Assembly: GCF_000284115.1 (NCBI RefSeq)
Contig: NC_017080.1
Span: forward strand, 1,890,001 to 1,922,000
Reading direction: 5' to 3'
Source: Phycisphaera mikurensis NBRC 102666
GTDB lineage: Bacteria > Planctomycetota > Phycisphaerae > Phycisphaerales > Phycisphaeraceae
DNA: 32,000 nt
In this document: positions 1 to 8,993 of the stretch, one piece after another
Numbering within the stretch: position 1 is the stretch's first letter
How the letters are laid out: each line of letters starts with the position of its first letter
Notes under the pieces: generated by a model
What the model was told of the DNA's origin: nothing
What the model saw: only the letters and a program-made list of their open reading frames with translations
Database searches by the model: none
Translations under genes and position numbers: made by a program

Positions 1-1035
1 GGGCTCGGTCCGCGCCCAGAGGGCGTTGGTCACGATCGTCTCGCCGAGGGGCTCGGCGTGCAGGCGGGCGAGGGTGGCCCGCGTTTCCTCCAGCCGCTCG
101 GTGTCGGTGACGAAGCGATCGAGCAGGACGCGGTACGCGGCCACCCGCTCGGGCAGGTCGGCCTGGGGGTCCCCGGCGGACCGCTTCACGCCGCTCTCGA
201 TGATGAATCCGAGGCCTCCGAAGAACGACAGGCCGTTGCGGGCGTCGTCGGCGTCGAGCGTGCTCGGGCGGATCTCGTTCTCCGGCGGCGGGCCGCCCAC
301 GAGGTAGCGCTGGTAGGCGAAGCCCGCCTCGGCCATGGGCTCCACGGCCGCCTCCACCCAGCCGAGGCCGAGCTCCAGGACGCCCCCGGGAAGCAGCGGG
401 CTGTTCGCGCCGTCCAACATGATCAGCGGCCACTCGCCCCAGCCGCGGTCGGCGTAGGAGCCGCTGTCGCGGGTGAACTCGTGGCAGTCGACGACGACCG
501 TCGGCCGCACGCGGGCGGCGTACGCGTGCAGCGCCCGCGTCTCGGGCTGGGAGAGCAGCGCGTGGTCGCGGTTGAGGTCGAAGCCGGCCGCGTTCCGGCG
601 CCGGTCCGCGTCGACGCCGTCGGGGTTGGCCATCGGGATCGCGTGCAGCTCGACGCCGGGCGGCAGCAGCAGGTCGCCGGCGGCGAGGTCGCCGAGCAGG
701 TTGAGGATCGCCTCCTTGCCGGCGTGCTCGTCGCCGTGCTGGGCCCCGACGAGAAGCACGCGGTGGCGGACCGCCATCCGGGCCCGCGGGATCGCGACGA
801 CGGCGCGGATCGGGATTCCTTCCACCGACTCGCCGATCGTCTCGACCGCGAAGCCCGGCACGCCCGCGAAGGTCGCCAGCCGCTCCTCCATCGCGGCGGA
901 GGTCGTGACGCGGCCCTCGGCTCGGGCGGTGGCGGCCGGGGCCGCTGCCCAAGCGATGAGCAGGAAGGACCCGAGGGCGGCGAGAATGCCGCGCCGTTGC
1001 GCAGCGGGGCTTCGGAGGGCGGGGCGAGCGAGCAT
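1..1035 (-). CDS. M14-family zinc carboxypeptidase / succinylglutamate desuccinylase-like, N-terminal signal/TM segment, C-terminus cut by window edge
   Basis: Manual minus-strand translation (absent from the ORF track because it is open at the edge): MLARPALRSPAAQRRGILAALGSFLLIAWAAAPAATARAEG...VLLVGAQHGDEHAGKEAILNLL...HAIPMANPDGVDADRRRNAAGFDLNRDH...VVVDCHEF; HxxE and NPDG..xRxN motifs of M14 peptidases. Confidence 0.85.
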   Translation of the reverse strand, partial: MLARPALRSPAAQRRGILAALGSFLLIAWAAAPAATARAEGRVTTSAAMEERLATFAGVPGFAVETIGESVEGIPIRAVVAIPRARMAVRHRVLLVGAQHGDEHAGKEAILNLLGDLAAGDLLLPPGVELHAIPMANPDGVDADRRRNAAGFDLNRDHALLSQPETRALHAYAARVRPTVVVDCHEFTRDSGSYADRGWGEWPLIMLDGANSPLLPGGVLELGLGWVEAAVEPMAEAGFAYQRYLVGGPPPENEIRPSTLDADDARNGLSFFGGLGFIIESGVKRSAGDPQADLPERVAAYRVLLDRFVTDTERLEETRATLARLHAEPLGETIVTNALWARTEP

Positions 1036-1240
1036 CCGGGGAAGCTAGCGATGCCGGCGCAGGCGGGTTCTCCCTCTTTCGGCTTGGAGTGGCAAGCCGA
1101 TTGCAGTAGACTCACCACGCACAAGACGCCGCCGCCGGCCGTCCCGCCCCACCCCGGTCGGGCGAAGCCGGCACGGGCAGCCCTCTCCGATGCGGGAGGA
1201 GCTGGCCCGCGGCTGATGGAACCCTCCGCCCGAACCCGAG

Positions 1241-1270
1241 TCGGCCGCGACGCCCAGGCGTCGCGGCCGA
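1241..1270. repeat. Perfect 13-bp inverted repeat, 4-nt loop (TCGGCCGCGACGC-CCAG-GCGTCGCGGCCGA)
   Basis: Arms 1241-1253 / 1258-1270 read directly; 71-100 nt upstream of the prepilin start. Confidence 0.8.
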
Positions 1271-1340
1271 TCGAACCGGGAAGCCCCGCCCGCTCGCCGC
1301 GGGTTCCGTCCGTTTCCGCCTGCCCCAAACCCCGCCCGCC

Positions 1341-2315
1341 ATGACCACCAACGCCCCCCGACACCGCACCCGCACCGCCGGCTTCACGCTCATCGAGCTC
1401 CTGGTGGTGATCTCGATCATCGCCCTCTTGATCGGCATCCTGCTGCCGGCGCTGGGCGCGGCCCGCGACGCGGCCCGCACGATGCAGTGCAGCACGAACG
1501 TGCGTTCGATGGTCCAGGGCTCGCTCTTCACCGCGGAGACGGAGAGCAACCGCATGCCCTTCCCGACCGCGACCGAGGTGGAGGCGGACAACCTCAGCCA
1601 CCTCTTCCCGGTGTACAGCGGCGGCCGCATGAATGCCAACGTCGCACCCCTGGGCAACACCTTCGAGGCCGCGGTGTGCCCGTCCACGGAGAACGTCCTG
1701 CACACGGATCCCGATGCGACCGGGCTCCCCGATCGCTCCGACGGAAGGGCGATTCCGATGACGGGCTTCAACGACTTCATCCCGGGCCGAAACCTGACCT
1801 ACGAGCCCTTCCGCGACCTGTACACGAACGCGGGGGACGGGGCCATCGACAACTCGGGCGGTCACAGCTACACGCTGCTCGCCTGGGCGATCACCGGCAA
1901 CTACAAGACGGGCCACGTGCCCGCGGGCACCAACGCCGTCAGCGCGTCGTACCACTACACCAACCCCACCAACCTCGCCACCGCGCTCGACGCCCGGCTG
2001 AAGAACGACGAGTGGGTGGACGCGCTGAGCGAGGTGGCGCTGATGGCGGAGAACGACGCCGCGGGGGACTTCGGGATCGCGGACGACGCGGATGCGAGCG
2101 GCCGGATCGACAACCACGGCGCGAAGGGGCAGAACTTCGGGTTCATGGACGGCCACGTGGCCTTCGCGTCGGACGAACGCGAACAGGTGGAGCACATGCT
2201 CAACGCGATGATCGACATGGGCGAGCAGGGCCGCGGCATTTCGGCGCTGGCCCGCGTCGGCATCGCCTACAACCCCGGCGGCGGCCGGGGCGGCGTGGGC
2301 TCCTACGACTACTAG
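1341..2315 (+). CDS. Prepilin-type N-terminal cleavage/methylation domain protein (type II secretion pseudopilin-like, planctomycete H-X9-DG class)
   Basis: N-terminal [29 protein letters not shown] and C-terminal [15 protein letters not shown]. Confidence 0.9.
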   Translation: MTTNAPRHRTRTAGFTLIELLVVISIIALLIGILLPALGAARDAARTMQCSTNVRSMVQGSLFTAETESNRMPFPTATEVEADNLSHLFPVYSGGRMNANVAPLGNTFEAAVCPSTENVLHTDPDATGLPDRSDGRAIPMTGFNDFIPGRNLTYEPFRDLYTNAGDGAIDNSGGHSYTLLAWAITGNYKTGHVPAGTNAVSASYHYTNPTNLATALDARLKNDEWVDALSEVALMAENDAAGDFGIADDADASGRIDNHGAKGQNFGFMDGHVAFASDEREQVEHMLNAMIDMGEQGRGISALARVGIAYNPGGGRGGVGSYDY

Positions 2316-2371
2316 CCCGCGGCGACCCGCTGCGCCCGCGGCGCAGCTCGGGCGGCAGTTGAGATCGCCGC

Positions 2372-5300
2372 TCAGTCCTGCCCGCGGGCGCGGCGCCGGG
2401 CGGCGAGGAGGCGGGAGGTGGAGGGGGCGGACGCGTCGGCTGCGGGCGGCGCCTCGGCGGCGGGCGGCGCCTCGGCGGCGGGCGGCTCCCGCTCGGCGGG
2501 CTTGGGCGCGGCGTCCCGCTCCCGGTCGGCGGCGGCAACGTCGGCGGCGGTGGGCTCGAACTTCCGCTCGCGCGGGGCGGCTTTCGGCCGTCGCGGCGGG
2601 GACGCGGCCTCCCGGGGCCGCTCGCGCTTCCGCAGGGCGCTGAGCGTCGCGGTCGCGGCGGCGGGCGTCGGCGTCGGCGTCACGCGGGCGGCCACCCAGG
2701 CGGCCGCGGCCCGCGGGTCCCAGGCGATGCGGCGGTTGGCGGCGTCGAGCAGCAGCAGCGCGACCAGCAGCGGCAGCACGAGCGTGGTGATCGGGCGGGA
2801 GGAGACGCTGCGGAACTCGCGGTCGCGGGCGAAGAGCCCGGCGGCGTCGGGGCGGGCGAGGTCGAGCACGCGGCCGCCGGTCACGCGGGCGACCCGCTCG
2901 AGCGCGGCGGCGTCGGGGCGGAGGGCCCGCAGCTCCGGCCCCGGCGGCTTGGCGGTGCCGCCGTACACGGCAACCCGCGAGCCGCCGTCGCCGTCGCCGC
3001 TGCCGTCGCCGAGGAACAGCGAGGCGATGTAGTTGCCCGGCTCGACGGCGGGCAGGCTGCCCTCGTAGCGGCCGGGGCCGGTGCGGGCGAGGGTGACGGG
3101 AGCGACCTCGCCGGAGGGCAGCAGCACGCCGCCGACGGCGTCGTCGCCGCGGACGGCGGCGGCCGCGGCGCCGGGCGCCCCGCCGTCCGCGGGATCCTCG
3201 GGCGGGACCTCCAGCGTGAGGCGCAGCGTGTCGCCGTCGGCCGTGGCGAGCAGCTCCGCGTCGCGCGCGGCGGTGGGGCGGCCGATCGTGCGGACCATGC
3301 CGGTCCAGAAGTCGCCGTAGCCGGGCCAGCCGGGGCTGCCGGTCCAGGCGCTCGCCCAGCGGGCGCCGGCGTCGGAGGTGAAGGCGGCGACGCGGCCGAG
3401 GCCGACGCGCCAGTGCGCGAAGAGCGGATCGCCCTCGGGGCCGAGCAGCGCCAGGTCGATCCGCGGGTCGCGCCGCTCCCCGGTCAGCACGAAGCCGCGG
3501 AGCGGAACGTCGAAGCCGAGCCCGCGGGTGATCGGGCTGCCGCTGCCCGTCGGCGTCGGGAGGAAGCGGGTCTCCTTGATGAGGTTCTGGCGGATCGTCC
3601 GCGCCTCCTTCACGAAGACCTGCGGCAGCGTGGCCGGGTCGTCGATCGGGTGGTACTGCCCGCCGCCGAGCGTCGCGATCTGCGCCAGCACCGCCCGGTC
3701 GTGGCCGTCGCCGACGCCGATCGTGGAGACGGTGATGCCGGCATTGCGCATCGCCGGCACCAGCGAGGTGTACTCGCCGCTGGAGTTGCCGTCGGTCAGG
3801 AGGATCACGTGGCGGATCGCCGACTCGGCCACGACCCCGCGCGGCTCGTCGAGCGCGACGAAGGCCGCTTCGAGCCCGCTGTAGATGTCGGTGCCGCCGC
3901 TGGGCTTGACGCCGCGGACGCGGGTCGCGACCACGCTGGGGTTCTCGTTGGGCGAGAGCGTGGCGATCCACTCGGTGTCGTCGTCGAAGACGACCACGCC
4001 GACGAGGTCCTGCGGGTACAGCGTGCCCAGCGCGAGGGCCGCGGCCTCGTTGGCGACCTGCATCTGCGTGTACCCGCTGGTGCCCACCGGCGATGACATC
4101 GATCCGGAGCGGTCGATCACGATCACCAGCGCCCCGGAGGGGAGGACCGCCTGGTTGGGGATGGCGCACGCGACCGGCAGCAGCTCCCGGTCGACGACGC
4201 TGTTCGTCCAGCCGCCGGCGCCGAAGGAGGCGGGGCCGCCGATCATCACGAAGCCGCCGCCGAGCTCGGTGACGTAGCGGGTGAGCAGCTCCTGCTGCTG
4301 CGGGCTCACCGGGTCGGCCGGGACGTTCTCGAAGACGACCGCGTCGTAGCGGGTCAGGTCGGCCAGGCTCGTGGGCAGGCCCGCGGGCCGGCGGGCGTCG
4401 AGCTCGACGCCCCGGCCGCGGAGCGTGCGGGCGAGGGCCGACTCGCCGGGCTCGGCGTTGGGGTCGCTGTTGTCGATGAGCAGCACGCGGCCCGGGCCGG
4501 TCACCTGGGTGAAGCCCGTCGCGCGGTTGTTGGCGGCCCGGTCCGCGTCGCCGGTGGCGGGATCGCCGGCCCGCGTCGCGGGCTCGAACACCGCCTCGAA
4601 GGAGGCGGGCCCGCCGCGGAGCAGGGGCACGTCGAGGGTGACCACGGCCGTCCACGAAGCGGCACCGCCTTCGGCGGCGTCCGCGGTCCGGGAGGAGCGT
4701 GTCCAGGAGGACGGCTCGACCGTGAAGCCGCTGCCGGCCTCGCGGCCGTTGAGGTCGACCGCGTCGCCGTCGTGCAGGAGCTGCAGCGTGCCCCGCAGCG
4801 GCGCGGTGCCCGCGAGGACGACGCGGACGGCCACGCTCTGGCCCTCCCGCGCCAGCGGTGGCGCGTAGACGCCCCGGACCATCACCTCCTCGGTCTCGCG
4901 GTAGGGCACGGCGGCGACGTCGACAGGCACGCCCGCGGCCGCGGCGGAACGGGCGGCGGCGTCGAGGTCTCCGCCGGTCGCGTTGCCGTCGCTGGCGAGC
5001 AGCAGGCGGAGGGCCGCCGAGCCGTCACCCTTGGCCGCGAGCGCGTAGCGGAGGGCGGCCGCGGGGTCGGTCCCCTCCACCGGTTGCTCCAGCGAGGAGA
5101 GCTCGAGCTCCGACGCGGCCGCGGGGGCGATGCGCAGCGTCGGCCGCGCGTCGAAGGTGACCAGGCCGAGCCGGTCCTCCGGCCGGCGGTCCGCAGCGGC
5201 GGCCTCGATGAAGGCGAGCAGGGCGGTCTCGCCCTCGCCGGGTGCGGCGGGGGCGGCACCCGGCGGCCGCGGCGGGTCGCCGAAGACGCGCACCGAGGAG

Positions 5301-5530
5301 GAGCGGTCGACCACGGCGAGCACGGTGAGGTCGGTGTTGACGCGGTCGAGGCGCAGGCCCGCGAGCGCGAGCGTGAGCGCGAGCAGCAGCCCGAGGCGCA
5401 GAGCGAGCGCGACCCGCCGCCGCGCGTCGCCGAGCGTGCCGAGCCGGCGGCGGCTGCGCCAAACGATCGGCACCGCGAGCAGCAGGAGCGCCAACGCCGG
5501 GGGGTGATCGACGGCGGGCAGCATCGTCAC
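2372..5530 (-). CDS. von Willebrand factor A-domain membrane protein with glutamine-amidotransferase-like segment
   Basis: N-terminal TM helices, MIDAS-type VIDRSGSMSS, LLTDGNSSG, ELGGGFVMIGGPASFGAGGW, C-terminal TM (PITTLVLPLLVALLLLDAANRR). GTG/ATG start overlaps the stop of the upstream gene. Confidence 0.85.
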   Translation of the reverse strand: MTMLPAVDHPPALALLLLAVPIVWRSRRRLGTLGDARRRVALALRLGLLLALTLALAGLRLDRVNTDLTVLAVVDRSSSVRVFGDPPRPPGAAPAAPGEGETALLAFIEAAAADRRPEDRLGLVTFDARPTLRIAPAAASELELSSLEQPVEGTDPAAALRYALAAKGDGSAALRLLLASDGNATGGDLDAAARSAAAAGVPVDVAAVPYRETEEVMVRGVYAPPLAREGQSVAVRVVLAGTAPLRGTLQLLHDGDAVDLNGREAGSGFTVEPSSWTRSSRTADAAEGGAASWTAVVTLDVPLLRGGPASFEAVFEPATRAGDPATGDADRAANNRATGFTQVTGPGRVLLIDNSDPNAEPGESALARTLRGRGVELDARRPAGLPTSLADLTRYDAVVFENVPADPVSPQQQELLTRYVTELGGGFVMIGGPASFGAGGWTNSVVDRELLPVACAIPNQAVLPSGALVIVIDRSGSMSSPVGTSGYTQMQVANEAAALALGTLYPQDLVGVVVFDDDTEWIATLSPNENPSVVATRVRGVKPSGGTDIYSGLEAAFVALDEPRGVVAESAIRHVILLTDGNSSGEYTSLVPAMRNAGITVSTIGVGDGHDRAVLAQIATLGGGQYHPIDDPATLPQVFVKEARTIRQNLIKETRFLPTPTGSGSPITRGLGFDVPLRGFVLTGERRDPRIDLALLGPEGDPLFAHWRVGLGRVAAFTSDAGARWASAWTGSPGWPGYGDFWTGMVRTIGRPTAARDAELLATADGDTLRLTLEVPPEDPADGGAPGAAAAAVRGDDAVGGVLLPSGEVAPVTLARTGPGRYEGSLPAVEPGNYIASLFLGDGSGDGDGGSRVAVYGGTAKPPGPELRALRPDAAALERVARVTGGRVLDLARPDAAGLFARDREFRSVSSRPITTLVLPLLVALLLLDAANRRIAWDPRAAAAWVAARVTPTPTPAAATATLSALRKRERPREAASPPRRPKAAPRERKFEPTAADVAAADRERDAAPKPAEREPPAAEAPPAAEAPPAADASAPSTSRLLAARRRARGQD

Positions 5531-8079
5531 GGAGCGGCCGCGTCGGGCGCGGCGGGAAGGTCGCCGAAGTACTCGCCGATCGCGCGGTGGTAGCGGCGGG
5601 GGGCGGCCTCTTCGGACACCGCCCGCTCCGCGGCGACCCGCCCGCCGGAGAGCGCCGCTTCCGGTGCGACGCCGGCGAGACCGGCTTCGCCCTCCCCGAT
5701 CGTCTCCCAGCGGGCAACGGCGCGGCCGGCGCCGGCTCGGCCGTCGAGAACGGACTCGGCGTCGACGTCCAGGGGAGCCTGCGGATCACCGCGTGCGGGG
5801 CCGCCGCGGCCGGTGCCCGCGGGGCCGGGCGATCGCGCGGCCGGATCCGGCGGGGCGGCCCCGCCCGCGGGGGGAGCCGAGCCCGGCGGCGCCGGCGACC
5901 CGCCCGGCTGCTGCGCCTCCCGCAGCGCCTGCTGCGCCTGCTCCATCCGGTCGAGCTGTTGCTTCATCCGCTGGAGCTCGCCGAGCGCTTGCTGGGCTTC
6001 GCGGGCGGACTGCGCGGGGTCGGCGTCGGGCCGGTCGAGGTCTTCGCCGAATCGCTGGAGCGACTCGGCGAGCTCGTCGGCGACCTCGTCGGACCGCGCG
6101 GGCGTCTCGCGTCCGGGTTCGGGCTCGGCGGTGGATGCCGGCCGGGCCCCGGGATCGCCGGGCGTGCCGGCTTCCCCGGGCGAATCGCCAGGCATGGGGC
6201 CCCGATCGGGGGCCTCGCCGCCCGAGGGCTCGCCGGGCTCTGCCTCCGCGGGCTGGCCTGAATCGCCCGGCTGATTCGACGCACCCGACGCGCCCGGCTG
6301 GTCCGACGCGCCCGGCTGGTCCGACGTGCCGGGCTGGCCCGGCTCGCCCGGCTGGCCCCGCTCACGCGATCCGCCCGGCGCCGCCGTCTCGCCCGCCTCG
6401 CTCGGCTCGCCCGCCTCGCCCGGTCGACGCGTTTCGCCCGCCTCGCCCGGTCGGCTCGCATCGCTCGCATCGCCCGCCGCGTCGGGCTCGCCGGGAGCGC
6501 CTTCGGGAGCGGCTTCCCCGGCGGTGTTCGCCTCGTCCGATCCCTCCGATGCCGCGGCCTCCTGCGCCGCGGACCGTGCCTCGGCGGGGTCGGTGTCCGG
6601 CGACGCGGGAGATTCCGCGTCCTTCCCCGCCTCGCCCGGCGGCGTCTGGCCCGGAGCTTCGGCGCTGTCGGTGCCCGCTGCCTGGGTCGGCTCCGGCGCG
6701 GAGGGAGGCGGCTCGCCGGGTTCCCCGGCGCCGGCGGGATCACTCGCACCGTCGGCCGGCTCCGGGGCACCCGCCGCCGCCGCCGCCGCCTCGCCCGGGC
6801 CGCTTGGCTCGCCCGCTCCGTCGGGACGATCCGCGGGTGGGTCCGCCGTGGCTCCGGAACGCGGGTCCCGCGCGGGCTCCTCGGCCTCGGGCTGCGCACC
6901 CGCGGGGTCGGCGGCTCCGGCCGCGTCGGCGTCGTCTCCTGCCGCCGGCGCGCCCTCCGCGCCGGCACCGGCCGGGGGCTGGGCCGCGTCCGGCGCCGCG
7001 GACCGGGGGGTATCCGCGAGGCTTTCGGCCGCGGTCCGCGGCGTGGTCGCTCCGTCCGACGCCAGCCGATCCGCGAGCTCCTCGACCTGCCGCCGCAGCA
7101 GCGCCCGCTGCGAGGCCGGCAGGTCCTCCGCCCGCCGGGCGAGCTCATCGAGCGCATCGGCGGCGGCCGGGAAGTCGCCGCGGCGTAGCGCGGAGGCGAA
7201 TCGGTCGGCGGGCCCGGCCTCCTCGGACTCCACCCGCGACAGCCGTGCCGCGAGCCCGTCCGCCTCGGCCTCCCGCTCCGCGGCCCGGCGTTCGAGCCGC
7301 TCGGCCAACTCCGCCACCGCGGCCTCGTCCCCGGTGTCGATGGCCGAGCCCGGCTCGCGCTGCGCGAGCAAGCGTTGCAGCTCTTCGACGACGTCGCGGT
7401 CGTCTCCGCCCGGCGTGGCGGATCGTTCCTCCGCGGGAGCGTCGGCCTCGAGCAGCTCCGCCGCTTCCTGCAGGCGGTCGCTCTGCCGCTCGGCTCGATC
7501 GGCCTCGATGGCCTCTGCCTCGGCCGCGGCGCGGTCCTGGGCTCCGCGGCCGAGCGGGTCGAGCCCCCGCCCGAACACCACCAGCACCGCGAGCAGCCCG
7601 GCCGCGACTGGCACCGCGTTCCAGGCGCGCCCGAAGCCCAGCGGGAAGGCCTCGCGAACGGCCGGCGTGCCGGCGAGGCTCGCGGCGGCGGCGGCGGCGC
7701 GGCGGCCGACCTCTTCGGCGAAGGGCGAGGGCGTGTCGCGGGTGGCCAGCTCCGCCCCGAGCAGGTCGCCGAGCCGCAGCCGGTGGTCGGCGGCGGCGGC
7801 GAGCTCGGCTTCGCCGGGCCGGTGCCGCGTCGCCGCGGCCGCCGCGACCGCCGCGGCGAGCAGCAGCAGGCCCGCCAGAAGCCACGCGTGCGCGTCCCAC
7901 CCGAGCGAGCGGCCGGCCAGCTCCGTCCCGACCAGCACGACCGCCTGCACGCCGAACCCGGCGAGCAGCAGCGGTCCGAGCACGCCGACAAAACGCGCGG
8001 CCGTTCGCCGCCGCCGCACGCGGCCGAGCAGCGCCGAGACCGCCGCGGACTCAGGAGAGGGAGGAGGAACGTCCGGCAT
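5527..8079 (-). CDS. Large membrane-anchored low-complexity (Gly/Pro/Glu/Ala-rich) protein
   Basis: 850-aa ORF with two N-terminal TM helices, charged coiled-coil-like segment, then PGEAGEPSEAG / QPGTSDQPGASDQPG repeats, then EVADELAESLQRFGEDLDRPD...QQALGELQRMKQQLDRMEQAQQALREAQ. Confidence 0.75.
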   Translation of the reverse strand: MPDVPPPSPESAAVSALLGRVRRRRTAARFVGVLGPLLLAGFGVQAVVLVGTELAGRSLGWDAHAWLLAGLLLLAAAVAAAAATRHRPGEAELAAAADHRLRLGDLLGAELATRDTPSPFAEEVGRRAAAAAASLAGTPAVREAFPLGFGRAWNAVPVAAGLLAVLVVFGRGLDPLGRGAQDRAAAEAEAIEADRAERQSDRLQEAAELLEADAPAEERSATPGGDDRDVVEELQRLLAQREPGSAIDTGDEAAVAELAERLERRAAEREAEADGLAARLSRVESEEAGPADRFASALRRGDFPAAADALDELARRAEDLPASQRALLRRQVEELADRLASDGATTPRTAAESLADTPRSAAPDAAQPPAGAGAEGAPAAGDDADAAGAADPAGAQPEAEEPARDPRSGATADPPADRPDGAGEPSGPGEAAAAAAGAPEPADGASDPAGAGEPGEPPPSAPEPTQAAGTDSAEAPGQTPPGEAGKDAESPASPDTDPAEARSAAQEAAASEGSDEANTAGEAAPEGAPGEPDAAGDASDASRPGEAGETRRPGEAGEPSEAGETAAPGGSRERGQPGEPGQPGTSDQPGASDQPGASGASNQPGDSGQPAEAEPGEPSGGEAPDRGPMPGDSPGEAGTPGDPGARPASTAEPEPGRETPARSDEVADELAESLQRFGEDLDRPDADPAQSAREAQQALGELQRMKQQLDRMEQAQQALREAQQPGGSPAPPGSAPPAGGAAPPDPAARSPGPAGTGRGGPARGDPQAPLDVDAESVLDGRAGAGRAVARWETIGEGEAGLAGVAPEAALSGGRVAAERAVSEEAAPRRYHRAIGEYFGDLPAAPDAAAP
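6095..7010 (-). repeat. Degenerate coding repeats (GEPG/QPGASD-like, collagen-like composition)
   Basis: Repeated 9/18-nt units, e.g. tandem gcgcccggctggtccgac around 6290-6335. Confidence 0.6.
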
Positions 8080-8100
8080 GGAGAAGCCGTTCGATCGTAT

Positions 8101-8937
8101 TCAGCCACGCGCCGCGTCGTGCAGCCGCTGGAGCGCGGGCAGCAGCTCGAGCGTCTTCTCCAGCGGCAGCATCACCGCCGCATCGCTCGCCGCCGCGTCC
8201 GGGTCGGGGTGCGTCTCGAGGAAGAGCGCGTGCACTCCCGCCGCCACGGCGCACCGCGCCAGCAGGGGCGCCCGCTCGCGGCGGCCGCCGGTGGCCGTGC
8301 CGCCCGCCGCGGCGCCGGGTTGCTGCACCGAGTGCGTCGCGTCGAAGCACACCGGCACGCCGAGGTCGATCAGGTCGCCGACGCCGGCGAAGTCGTTCAC
8401 GAGGCGGTGGTAGCCGAAGAAGGTCCCCCGGTCGGTGACCATGACGCGCGGCGCGTCCGGCCTGCACCGCGTGACCTTCTCCACCACCTGCCCCATCTCC
8501 GCGGGCGAAAGAAACTGGCCTTTCTTGACGTTCACCGCGGCGGGGGTCGCGGCGCACGCCGCGAGCAGGTCGGTCTGCCGGCACAGGAAGGCGGGCACCT
8601 GCAGCAGGTCGACGCCCGCCTGGACCGCGAGCGTCGGCTGGTCCGGCAGGTGCACGTCGGTCGTGAGCGGCACGCCCAGCGCCGCCTTCGCCCTCGCCAG
8701 CAGCTCCAGCCCCGCCTCCACGCCGGGCCCGCGGCGGCCCGCCGCCGAGGTCCGGTTCGCCTTGTCGAACGACGCCTTGAAGACGTACCCCAGCCCGAGC
8801 TTCTCGCACGCGTCCCGCAACGCCTCCCCCACGCGAACGCACAGCTCGTAGCTCTCCGCCTGGCAGGGGCCGGCGAGGATCGTGAGCGGTCCGTCGGCGG
8901 TGACGGAGACGGCAGGACCGAGTTCAAGCGGCTTCAT
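8101..8937 (-). CDS. kdsA: 2-dehydro-3-deoxyphosphooctonate aldolase (KDO-8-phosphate synthase)
   Basis: TILAGPCQAESYELCVRVGEAL...YVFKASFDKANRTS...LTTDVHLPDQ...DLLQVPAFLCRQTDLL...NVKKGQFLSPAEM...VTDRGTFFGYHRLVNDF...FDATHSVQQPG. Confidence 0.96.
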   Translation of the reverse strand: MKPLELGPAVSVTADGPLTILAGPCQAESYELCVRVGEALRDACEKLGLGYVFKASFDKANRTSAAGRRGPGVEAGLELLARAKAALGVPLTTDVHLPDQPTLAVQAGVDLLQVPAFLCRQTDLLAACAATPAAVNVKKGQFLSPAEMGQVVEKVTRCRPDAPRVMVTDRGTFFGYHRLVNDFAGVGDLIDLGVPVCFDATHSVQQPGAAAGGTATGGRRERAPLLARCAVAAGVHALFLETHPDPDAAASDAAVMLPLEKTLELLPALQRLHDAARG

Positions 8938-8954
8938 CGCCCGAAGCTACAGGC

Positions 8955-8980
8955 CGGGCGGGCACCGGAGGTCCCGCCCG
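8955..8980. terminator. Hairpin (8-bp arms CGGGCGGG/CCCGCCCG) between the SBP gene and kdsA
   Basis: Arms 8955-8962 and 8973-8980, 10-nt loop, no U-tract. Confidence 0.35.
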
Positions 8981-8993
8981 AGCGGTCGGGGGA

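Noticed and set aside
423-4655. 1410-aa minus-strand ORF
   Set aside because: Arg/Ala/Pro-rich GC-frame artefact overlapping the M14 gene, prepilin gene and VWA gene, which have recognisable domains; no domain of its own.
5664-8438. 924-aa plus-strand ORF opposite the low-complexity gene
   Set aside because: Composition (RPRR/PPRR runs) is the typical antisense reading of a GC-rich repetitive gene; no start context or motifs.
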